Source of the DNA: a virus
Lineage: Duplodnaviria > Caudoviricetes
DNA: 64,000 nt
IMG/VR virus record: IMGVR_UViG_3300046820_001270
Location: 192,001 to 256,000 of that record
Strand: one strand, 5' to 3'
Shown here: one piece after another, positions 1 to 7,351 of the stretch
How positions within the stretch are numbered: position 1 is the stretch's first letter
Layout of the letters: every line of letters begins with the position of its first letter
Translations under genes and position numbers: made by a program
Notes under the pieces: model-generated
What the model was told of the DNA's origin: nothing
What the model saw: the letters and a program-made list of their open reading frames with translations, nothing else
The model's database searches: none

Positions 1-435
1 AATTACAACATCTTTAAGAACATCGTTAAATACCCCCTTAGAATAATGATTTACGTGTCTTTTACCCTCATGAAGATGACCAACTACGCCAAACATATTT
101 TCACGGTTTTGCCACCACATTCCACTCGTTAATTTATCGGTCCCCGCAATCCCAATAATTCCATATTCAGGATGTTTCTCAAATAACTTAACAATCTTAG
201 GTGTCATATTAGGTGTCTCCAAAATAAGGTCATCGTGCATGAAAACAACGATGTCGTTAACACTTTCTTTTAACCCTTTGTTATAGACTTGTGTTAAAGA
301 CATTTCACCGTTATTTTCATACATCAATATTTCTGTATTTGGATGGGAAAACATTCTTTTTACATGATCGTAATATGTCGGATCAATTTTTCTTGTGGAT
401 ATAACCACACTTACAACTTCATTATTCTTCGACAT
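1..435 (-). CDS. Glycosyltransferase family 2-like protein (partial, runs off the window start)
   Basis: Translated by hand: MSKNNEVVSVVISTRKIDPTYY...SLTQVYNKGLKESVNDIVVFMHDDLIL...GIIGIAG. This shows the GT-A pattern YNxG...hhFhHDD. Not in the ORF track. Confidence 0.8.
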   Translation of the reverse strand, partial: MSKNNEVVSVVISTRKIDPTYYDHVKRMFSHPNTEILMYENNGEMSLTQVYNKGLKESVNDIVVFMHDDLILETPNMTPKIVKLFEKHPEYGIIGIAGTDKLTSGMWWQNRENMFGVVGHLHEGKRHVNHYSKGVFNDVLKDVVI

Positions 436-1171
436 ATAATACTTGTATTTTACCGTTAATTTCAACTAAGTCAACAACGATTGGTTTATTGGTTGGTTCA
501 TATCCTGTGGTACATATCGCCGCATTTACAAATACAGTTTTTTTACCGTACTGAACCCCATATCCCTCGTGAATATGACCAAACACATTTACCAATGGAT
601 TAATTTCACCAATTCTATTTATTAAACATTCACAACCAACGTGTGTATTTGGTTGTCTCCAATTATTAACTAAATCTCCATATCCATTAGGTGGACTATG
701 TGTGATTAAAACATCCGTATCCTCAGGTATCATATTCCATTTCTCCTGTAATTCAGTTCCTAATCTCGGTAAGTTAAATGCCCAATCATAGAACCAAGGT
801 TGCCAAGGACTACCATAAAATTTGATAGGTCTTGAAAATTCGGGAGTTTCAATTGTAATAAAACTGTCCTCTAAATAAGTCACGTCAGATTGTGATAAAT
901 TTTCAGGAGACATTAAATGACTTAACCATTCATATGTACCTTTATAAGAAGGTTTATTAATTCTTTCAAAACAATAATCATGATTACCTGATATGAATAT
1001 TTTTTGATCCCATCCACCTAAGTTTTGAAACCAATCGATGAAATCTTTAACATCTTGTTCTCCACCTTTATTTGATAAATCTCCCGCATGAATTAATATA
1101 TCACCTTTTGGTAAAGGATGTTCCATCTGATGATGAAGGCTGTGGGTATCTGATATACATACTAATCTCAT
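422..1171 (-). CDS. Calcineurin-like metallophosphoesterase (MPPED/239FB-like)
   Basis: Motifs DTH, GD, GNHD, THSPP, FGHIHE. Likely start is MRLVCISDTH at 1171, because a TAnnTTTG promoter lies at 1176-1183. Confidence 0.9.
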   Translation of the reverse strand: MRLVCISDTHSLHHQMEHPLPKGDILIHAGDLSNKGGEQDVKDFIDWFQNLGGWDQKIFISGNHDYCFERINKPSYKGTYEWLSHLMSPENLSQSDVTYLEDSFITIETPEFSRPIKFYGSPWQPWFYDWAFNLPRLGTELQEKWNMIPEDTDVLITHSPPNGYGDLVNNWRQPNTHVGCECLINRIGEINPLVNVFGHIHEGYGVQYGKKTVFVNAAICTTGYEPTNKPIVVDLVEINGKIQVLYVEE

Positions 1172-1175
1172 AAAA

Positions 1176-1183
1176 CAAATATA
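1176..1183 (-). promoter_or_regulatory. Bacteroidota sigma70 -7 element (TATATTTG)
   Basis: Plus strand caaatata = TAnnTTTG on the minus strand, just upstream of the ATG at 1171. Confidence 0.6.
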
Positions 1184-1206
1184 CAAATTATTTTCGAATA
1201 TGCATA

Positions 1207-1232
1207 AAAAAAGTCAGAATTTCTTCTGACTT
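1207..1232 (-). terminator. Intrinsic terminator of the large ncRNA
   Basis: Minus strand AAGTCAGAA-gaaa-TTCTGACTT followed by a T run. Confidence 0.8.
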
Positions 1233-1243
1233 AATTTTGTATA

Positions 1244-2115
1244 GGCCGTATGGTTTTACATACATTCACCACCACTTTGTTTTTCTAAACAAAGAAAATA
1301 AAACTCTGAGAATACAAGTTTTAACAATCGACTTAGGAACATTATTTGTTTCTTTCCCTTTCCACAACCTTTTGAGTTGTACCGATCAATGACGGTCAAT
1401 TAGATTAACCAATCCTAAAGTCATCAGATACTCTTTTATTACTTATTACTCAACAAATCTGCCGACCTGTTTCAACCTTGCGGGTTTAGAGAACTTTCTT
1501 AAAAATCATATTGGGATTGAGTCCCTTTATGGCCGTGAACCCCTCACGACTAAGTAGTCACCTGTCTCCAATGACTGACGAACACTTTTTCTTGTTATAT
1601 TTAAGTTGTTAAACCGTAATTAACAAAATTTAGTTATCCGAATTGGGAAAGTAGTGGTTCGTCACCTAGCCAAGTTATCTTTTGAACAACTCGATACTAA
1701 ACTACTCTCTGAAGTGTCCCCACCTCCATATTTTTGGTTTCCTTCGAGATTAAACCCTTGGTAGGATTTATTCAAGGACACTAACAGCACCACCTGTTTT
1801 TTGTCATACCTTCCATCTTACGATGCTACGGTTTTAAGACCACCATTGTATTGAATTACGCAATAATAAAGTCGGATAACTATACTTCTTACATTAATTC
1901 TATGGATTATTCTTATTGATGTTCCCATCTCAACCAAACAACTCGGATTGCTTGGTCATCCAACCCTTTCGCTACGGAGTTACCCTCACTACTTCAGGTT
2001 AAATGATATTCCACTTGTCTACTCGAGATCCATTTCTGAATCCGCAACTTACCCCAACCAAGGGTTTGTCACTTTATCCCACTTTCGTGGTTTATTTTAT
2101 TGACTATAGACGGCC
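1244..2115 (-). ncRNA. Large (~870 nt) structured ncRNA, probably GOLLD
   Basis: GC-enriched region without a credible ORF. 5' GGCCGU (2110-2115) pairs with 3' ACGGCC (1244-1249). Many hairpins (ccac-GAAA-gtgg, ctttgttt-agaa-aaacaaag, acaac/gttgt). It has its own promoter, boxA and terminator. Size and phage/tRNA context fit GOLLD. Confidence 0.7.
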
Positions 2116-2123
2116 AATATTTT

Positions 2124-2135
2124 TATTCAAAGAAC
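2124..2135 (-). promoter_or_regulatory. rrn-type boxA antitermination element
   Basis: Minus strand GTTCTTTGAATA, between the promoter and the ncRNA 5' end. Confidence 0.6.
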
Positions 2136-2166
2136 ATTATCTTTTGGGTTATTCACCCTTCTTTTA

Positions 2167-2174
2167 CAAAGATA
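2167..2174 (-). promoter_or_regulatory. Bacteroidota sigma70 -7 element for the large ncRNA
   Basis: Minus strand TATCTTTG. Confidence 0.7.
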
Positions 2175-2205
2175 AGAAACTATTTCTAAAAAAAGAAATT
2201 ATTTC

Positions 2206-2430
2206 TTAATTATTTTCTACTTTATTTTTTTTAGACTGTTTTTTAGATGATACTTTATTATCACTTTTACCAGTTTTATATTCTGGATTCTTATAAAGTT
2301 TATATTCGGTTTTAGGTGCAAATGCCCAATTACCTCCTTTAACTCTTAAATCTGCTTCATTATTATCGATTCTTACCATTTCACCGATTTCATGACCCTT
2401 ACTTAATTTAATTAATTTAATACATTTCAT
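2206..2430 (-). CDS. Hypothetical basic protein
   Basis: 74-aa ORF with a Lys-rich tail, in phage gene orientation. Confidence 0.6.
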   Translation of the reverse strand: MKCIKLIKLSKGHEIGEMVRIDNNEADLRVKGGNWAFAPKTEYKLYKNPEYKTGKSDNKVSSKKQSKKNKVENN

Positions 2431-2484
2431 AGTTTACCTCCACGTTTTTTAAAAGATAAGTAATAATATTTTAAAAACAAAATT

Positions 2485-3663
2485 TTATTCACATTTTCCA
2501 CAATTTATTTTACAAACCTTTAGTTCGTTTCCACTACCTAAATCGTTATAAATAAACTTATCTAATATGTTGGTTTCCAATACTTCTTTTAATTTTTTAC
2601 CCTTCAATGAGAAGCTGTCAAATCCCAAATCTAACATTTTATTTAATATTTCTTTTTGAAACGAGTTTTCAAATCCATCCGAATAATTCATTGATATTGA
2701 TATATTAGGAGGTATTAAACAACACGGCATTATCATTTTATTATATGTAATAAATAAATGATAATCATCCGATTTAAGATCTGACGGATTTGAATAGTTT
2801 TTTGAATAACATGTTTGTTTTTTAATTAAATCAAAATTATTAATTTCATTTTGAGTAAAATTGTAATCGGTTCTCTCATACACTTTAGAAGTCCCTTTAA
2901 GTTCTTGTGATTTTTTAAAATCACCAATTTCTAATTCTTTAACAGGTATTGATGGAAGAGTATTTTTTAATTTTTCAAGGTCATCAAATTTCCATATTGT
3001 GTCATAGAATGGAGTATATTCTTCATTTTTAATTTCAGTTAAAAAATGAGTCAATTCACTTTTCATATTATGAACTGAAATTTTACCACCATTTGAAAAT
3101 GGTTTTTTAAGTAATAGATTACCTTTACCTAATGATTTAATAAAGTCAATCATCGGTATTATTTGATCCGTAGTTTCAGACCACATTAAAAATTGAATAA
3201 ATAACTTTTCTTTTTGACAATATTTGGTAAATGAATTGATGTTTTTAAGTATATTATCCCATTTAACATTAACCCTATATAATTCATTTTTTTCTCCAAT
3301 ACCATCTAACCCAAACATAATTTGCACACCTAATTTACCTAATTCTTCATAATCATTACTATTACCAATACCTCCATTGGTATTAATATTAACGGCAATT
3401 TTTGGGTTTAGTCGAATAAAGTATTTGATAATTTCTACCACATCTGGATTACCCATTGGATCTCCAAAATTACCACAAAGAGTTAATGTTTTTAAATTTG
3501 TTATTATGTCAATATCAATCGTATCAACAACATCATTTATTGACCAATATGTGTGTTCAAAATTACCGTAATGACCGAAACGTCTTCTTGAACAAACAGT
3601 ACAACCAGCATTACAAATTGATGAGATTTCAAAATCTAAATGTTGGATTGATTTTATGTTCAT
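2485..3663 (-). CDS. Radical SAM protein with SPASM/Twitch-like C-terminus
   Basis: CNAGCTVC (CxxxCxxC), CGNFGDP, NTNGG; C-terminal CYS...MPCC...CKINCGKC. Confidence 0.9.
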   Translation of the reverse strand: MNIKSIQHLDFEISSICNAGCTVCSRRRFGHYGNFEHTYWSINDVVDTIDIDIITNLKTLTLCGNFGDPMGNPDVVEIIKYFIRLNPKIAVNINTNGGIGNSNDYEELGKLGVQIMFGLDGIGEKNELYRVNVKWDNILKNINSFTKYCQKEKLFIQFLMWSETTDQIIPMIDFIKSLGKGNLLLKKPFSNGGKISVHNMKSELTHFLTEIKNEEYTPFYDTIWKFDDLEKLKNTLPSIPVKELEIGDFKKSQELKGTSKVYERTDYNFTQNEINNFDLIKKQTCYSKNYSNPSDLKSDDYHLFITYNKMIMPCCLIPPNISISMNYSDGFENSFQKEILNKMLDLGFDSFSLKGKKLKEVLETNILDKFIYNDLGSGNELKVCKINCGKCE

Positions 3664-3809
3664 TTTTAAAATTTATTTTGAATGAGAATAATCAATAGGG
3701 ACAGTTCCTTCACTTCTGTCTTGTAACTCCGTACCAACTCAGCACTATTGATGTTTGATGGATGAAAAACATCTATTCTTCTTGTGGACTTCCATCGGAG
3801 TCCCATATC

Positions 3810-4040
3810 TTACAAAAATCTACTACCTTGTCTTCTTCTTGCTTCTTCAGCTTCTCTATACCAACGAATCCACGTTAATGCTACATCAATTGGTGCTAAG
3901 ACCCAAGCCATCATTATCACCATAATTGTATCTAACTCAGGTGAACCACCTGTTGGATCGTTAGAATACCTTTTGTTTAAATTTTTAAACAACTGGTATA
4001 AACAATAAATAATACAAATAACATAATAACCTAAAAACAT
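3810..4040 (-). CDS. Small hypothetical membrane protein
   Basis: Two hydrophobic segments in a 76-aa ORF. Confidence 0.6.
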   Translation of the reverse strand: MFLGYYVICIIYCLYQLFKNLNKRYSNDPTGGSPELDTIMVIMMAWVLAPIDVALTWIRWYREAEEARRRQGSRFL

Positions 4041-4092
4041 AATATAAATTTTTTATAAATTACGAAAAATATCCCAAAAAACAAAATAACAT

Positions 4093-4908
4093 TTAAATTA
4101 ACATTTGCTTAAATTCCGTATCTGAAATTAATTTTTGATCATATCCAAAAAAATAAGACTCATTTGAGGTATACTGACATACTTTAGAATATTCATTTTT
4201 AGTTACTTTATCATTATAGTTTATGTTCAAATGATGTTCCCTTTGTCCATATAAATTTTTAAAATATGAATAGAATAACATAAACATAAAATTAAATTCA
4301 GCAGGAAAATCAGACAAAAACGGAAATTCTATAGTGTCAGTATTAAATGCAGTTTTTTTTAATTTATCATTAAACCCAATATTTTCTTTAATTATGGTGT
4401 TATTATTTGATTTAATAACATCGTTTATAGATTCAATTTTGATAAATTTAAAATTATTTTTAAATTTATTTTTATATAAAAGATTTAAATCTCCGTCAAG
4501 TACCTCTTCCTTAAAAAAAGAATTATCGTAAAAAAGTAATTGTGAACTCTGAGGTATGTAATGAAAATCATCACAAAATTGTAAAAATGTCCTATAATTT
4601 ATAATATACGAATTAATGTCAGTTATTTTGGAACTCCTTAAATAATCATTAATTTTTATTTTTTCCTCATGATCATTATCAAATTCAATCATTTGTTTCA
4701 TCCAAAAATATGAAGAAAAAAAACGATCAATAGGGTCTCGTGTAAAAATTATTTTTTTATCTAAAGATGTAGTTGTGTCAAATGAAAATTCAATTTCAAT
4801 TTTAAAATGTTGAAATAAATGACTTAATGTGGTATAAATTAAAGTATGTCCATTTTTAACAGGTATAAAAAAAGAGGTATTGTATTTCTTTAAATTAAGT
4901 ATTTCCAT
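4093..4908 (-). CDS. Sulfotransferase family (Sulfotransfer_2-like)
   Basis: IPVKNGHT (5'PSB-like), FTRDPIDRFFSSY (3'PB), DFHYIPQS. Confidence 0.75.
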   Translation of the reverse strand: MEILNLKKYNTSFFIPVKNGHTLIYTTLSHLFQHFKIEIEFSFDTTTSLDKKIIFTRDPIDRFFSSYFWMKQMIEFDNDHEEKIKINDYLRSSKITDINSYIINYRTFLQFCDDFHYIPQSSQLLFYDNSFFKEEVLDGDLNLLYKNKFKNNFKFIKIESINDVIKSNNNTIIKENIGFNDKLKKTAFNTDTIEFPFLSDFPAEFNFMFMLFYSYFKNLYGQREHHLNINYNDKVTKNEYSKVCQYTSNESYFFGYDQKLISDTEFKQMLI

Positions 4909-4925
4909 TATCTAATATATATCGG

Positions 4926-4997
4926 TATTCCCGACGGGATTCGAACCCGTATTACCTCCGTGAAAGGGAGGTGACCTAACCCTTAGTCGACAAGAAC
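4926..4997 (-). tRNA. tRNA-Glu(TTC)
   Basis: CCTCC-CT-TTC-AC-GGAGG anticodon arm; GGTTCGAATCC T arm. Confidence 0.9.
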
Positions 4998-5260
4998 AAA
5001 TAATCACTCAAATGGGTATTTGTTATAGTATCACAATCGGTGCACTGTACTCTGGTTAATTACTCCGTCTGTACCCAACAGCTTTATGTTGGCTTATAAT
5101 TGGCTACTTTACTATAACTCACATTTTTATTTGTGATTAAAAAAGATCCCGTTTTTTTTCTACATTTAGCCCAAGCACCAGTAGGTCAGTGTTTTGGGTT
5201 TTGACGCGAGAAGTCTACAAGGTTTCCCCATTAGACCGTTACCACGGGCAAACTCTACAG

Positions 5261-5347
5261 CGGAAGCGTAGGGATTTGAACCCCAGATACCTTTCGGTAT
5301 GCCAGTTTTCAAGACTGGTGCAATAAACCGGACTCTGCCACACTTCC
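5261..5347 (-). tRNA. tRNA-Ser(TGA)
   Basis: CCAGT-CT-TGA-AA-ACTGG; long variable arm; G73. Confidence 0.95.
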
Positions 5348-5348
5348 A

Positions 5349-5909
5349 TTATTTATTAGAAACAATATATCCATTATATTCCAATACTTGAATACATTTT
5401 TCTAAAAATTCTTCTACAGAAATGTCACTTTTCATTTTATTTATCGAAAAACTTATTAATCCCGCATTTTCTATAGTGTTTTCACCACCTTTAGATGCCG
5501 GTGTAATATGATCAATACTATATGATTTAGTCTCATATAAATTAATTGGTTCACCCGATAAATAACATTTAGGTTCGTTTCCTATTTTTAACAAAAAATC
5601 TCCTATATTAAAAGTAAGTTCAGGTTTAGTAATTGATATTTTTGAACCTTCCCTTCTTTGAAAATCTCTAACTTTACTGAGAACTCTTTTACCTAAATTA
5701 TTCCTATATCTAAAATCATATAGTTTTTTTTGTAAAATAAATTCAGGTTTAGATGTTCTTTTAATACTTCTATTTTTTGTTTTTTCTTTTTGGTTATCAC
5801 CCAAATAATATGAAATTGTCGATTTACTACAATTCAATTCTTTCATTATTTTATTATAGGTATAACCTTCTTTTTTTAATTCAATAATTCTATTTCCAAG
5901 CTCTGTCAT
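5349..5909 (-). mobile_element. Free-standing HNH homing endonuclease with N-terminal HTH
   Basis: N-terminal GYTYNKIMKELNCSKSTISYY (HTH); CYLSG...SIDHITPASKGGENTIEN...SINKMKSD (HNH). Confidence 0.85.
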
Positions 5910-5967
5910 GATATTCTTTATATATAAATATCAGGTTCGAACTAAAAAGTTAAAAATCGAACTTCTT

Positions 5968-5979
5968 ATTTCAAAGAAC
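5968..5979 (-). promoter_or_regulatory. rrn-type boxA element
   Basis: Minus strand GTTCTTTGAAAT, just downstream of tRNA-Asp. Confidence 0.55.
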
Positions 5980-5984
5980 GTTTG

Positions 5985-6058
5985 CGGAACAGACGAGACT
6001 CGAACTCGCGACCCCGGCAGTGACAGTGCCGTATTCTAACCAACTGAACTACCATTCC
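5985..6058 (-). tRNA. tRNA-Asp(GTC)
   Basis: CGGCA-CT-GTC-AC-TGCCG; canonical D and T arms. Confidence 0.95.
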
Positions 6059-6156
6059 TAATTATCACATCAAACAGGGATTCTACTTCCCGCAGCACGA
6101 AATTGTATCTTACTTAGCCCTACGTTAGCGGTATGGGTACCTGAAGATATGATTTG

Positions 6157-6232
6157 TGGGTGAGTTTGGATTCGAACCAAAGACCTAAAGTTTATGAGAC
6201 TTTTGCTCTAAAACCAGCTGAGCTACACACCC
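6157..6232 (-). tRNA. tRNA-Met or Ile2 (CAT)
   Basis: AAAGT-CT-CAT-AA-ACTTT; G1-C72, A73. Met versus lysidine-Ile2 cannot be resolved by eye. Confidence 0.9.
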
Positions 6233-6324
6233 TATTAGTCTTTTCCTTACCTCTTAATAACCACATTGCCATCCCGGTGTTACTGCCGGGTGCTTACCAC
6301 TTGCGTGGAGTGATTATCACGTTG

Positions 6325-6397
6325 CGCTCCCTGAGGGTCACGATCCCCCGACTTCAAAATTAACAGTTTTGCGCTCTACCAACTGAGCTAAGGAAGC
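6325..6397 (-). tRNA. tRNA-Asn(GTT)
   Basis: CAAAA-CT-GTT-AA-TTTTG; atypical T-loop ATCGTGA. Confidence 0.9.
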
Positions 6398-6668
6398 GTG
6401 TTTGATTCCAACCCAACTTAAGTTGCACCATCCGTGTCATGCACTGGTTAACAAAGTCCTCGTTGAGTTAGTTTCAAAAAGTTACAGGTTTTTCGTACCA
6501 TCTATGTACATCATGTCCGAGACTGATTCATGAATCGGAGGTTACTTTTCGCTTAATGGTTAATTACTCCAACTTATAGTAACTCTACTCTCACCGTTCT
6601 ACATCTAGATTCAAACGGATAGTTGAGATTCATAGACAGTGGGGTCACACCACCGTCGTCACCTGTTG

Positions 6669-6741
6669 AGCCTAAGGTCAGATTCGAACTGACGACCTGC
6701 TGATTACAAATCAGCTGCTCTACCAACTGAGCTACTCAGGC
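6669..6741 (-). tRNA. tRNA-Thr(TGT)
   Basis: GCTGA-TT-TGT-AA-TCAGC; canonical arms. Confidence 0.95.
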
Positions 6742-6758
6742 TTATTTTCTACTATTTT

Positions 6759-6770
6759 ATGTCAAAGAAC
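6759..6770 (-). promoter_or_regulatory. rrn-type boxA element
   Basis: Minus strand GTTCTTTGACAT, between the promoter (6782-6789) and tRNA-Thr. Confidence 0.65.
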
Positions 6771-6781
6771 CACTTATCTTA

Positions 6782-6789
6782 CAAAGATA
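6782..6789 (-). promoter_or_regulatory. Bacteroidota sigma70 -7 element (internal tRNA-array promoter)
   Basis: Minus strand TATCTTTG. Confidence 0.65.
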
Positions 6790-6834
6790 ATAAATAAATT
6801 CGGATATACAAAATTATTCTTAAATCTTTTTTTG

Positions 6835-6906
6835 AGGTCTCGGGTAGGGTCGAACTACCAACTTGAAATCCGTAGTTTCATGTGATCACCATTTCACCAC
6901 AAGACC
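6835..6906 (-). tRNA. tRNA-Arg(ACG)
   Basis: TGAAA-CT-ACG-GA-TTTCA; T arm GGTAG-TTCGACC-CTACC. Confidence 0.9.
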
Positions 6907-6913
6907 ATTTTAG

Positions 6914-6982
6914 TTGCGGGACCGGTAGTCGAAACCGGAAAAACACAGCTTATGAGACTGGTCGGGAACCCTCCTCCCCGCA
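6914..6982 (-). tRNA. Atypical short tRNA-Met(CAT) with fMet-like acceptor and reduced D arm
   Basis: TGCGGGG/TCCCGCA acceptor; CAGT-CTCATAA-GCTG; CCGGT-TTCGACT-ACCGG; 69 nt. Confidence 0.75.
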
Positions 6983-6986
6983 ATTT

Positions 6987-7060
6987 TGGATGTCCCTCGT
7001 GGATTCGAACCACAGCTAGATGGACCAAAACCACCTGTACTACCTCTATACTAAAGGACA
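6987..7060 (-). tRNA. tRNA-Gln(TTG), CCA encoded
   Basis: GGTGG-TT-TTG-GT-CCATC; T1-A72; 3' TCCA. Confidence 0.9.
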
Positions 7061-7065
7061 ATATG

Positions 7066-7145
7066 TACCCAAGGTCGGACTCGAACCGACACGTCTCTCG
7101 ACACGGTTTCTAAGACCGCCGTGTATCCCATTCCACCACTCGGGT
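7066..7145 (-). tRNA. tRNA-Leu(TAG)
   Basis: GCGGT-CT-TAG-AA-ACCGT; variable arm; A73. Confidence 0.95.
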
Positions 7146-7152
7146 ATTGTTG

Positions 7153-7224
7153 CACCCATGTAAGGACTCGAACCTTCATCTTCGGTTTTGGAGACCGACG
7201 TTCTACCAATTGAACTACACAGAT
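7153..7224 (-). tRNA. tRNA-Trp(CCA)
   Basis: TCGGT-CT-CCA-AA-ACCGA; G73. Confidence 0.9.
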
Positions 7225-7231
7225 ATGTTTG

Positions 7232-7307
7232 TCTAGATGGCTGGATTCGAACCAACGTGTTCTGCTTTCCAAAAGCAGCGAGAAAAGCCGGACTCCTCTA
7301 CATCTAG
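7232..7307 (-). tRNA. tRNA-Pro(TGG)
   Basis: CTGCT-TT-TGG-AA-AGCAG; C1-G72, A73. Confidence 0.9.
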
Positions 7308-7311
7308 ATAT

Positions 7312-7351
7312 AAAACAAAAAACCCCGAGATTTTTAAGTCTCAGGGTTTTT
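7312..7351 (-). terminator. Intrinsic terminator/attenuator hairpin directly upstream of the first tRNA
   Basis: Minus strand AAAAACCCTGAGA-cttaaaaa-TCTCGGGGTTTTT-TGTTTT. The G-U pair supports the minus strand. Confidence 0.75.

Noticed and set aside
2003-2209. 68-aa plus-strand ORF
   Set aside because: Antisense to the ncRNA 5' end and its promoter; no protein-like features.
4998-6666. tmRNA, RNase P, SRP or hammerhead identity for the spacer RNAs
   Set aside because: Diagnostic cores were not found (tmRNA tRNA-like ends, GAGGAAAGUCC, SRP loop, CUGAnGA/GAAA).
6154-7272. ORFs 6154-6363, 7046-7255 and 7051-7272
   Set aside because: They overlap clear tRNA genes.
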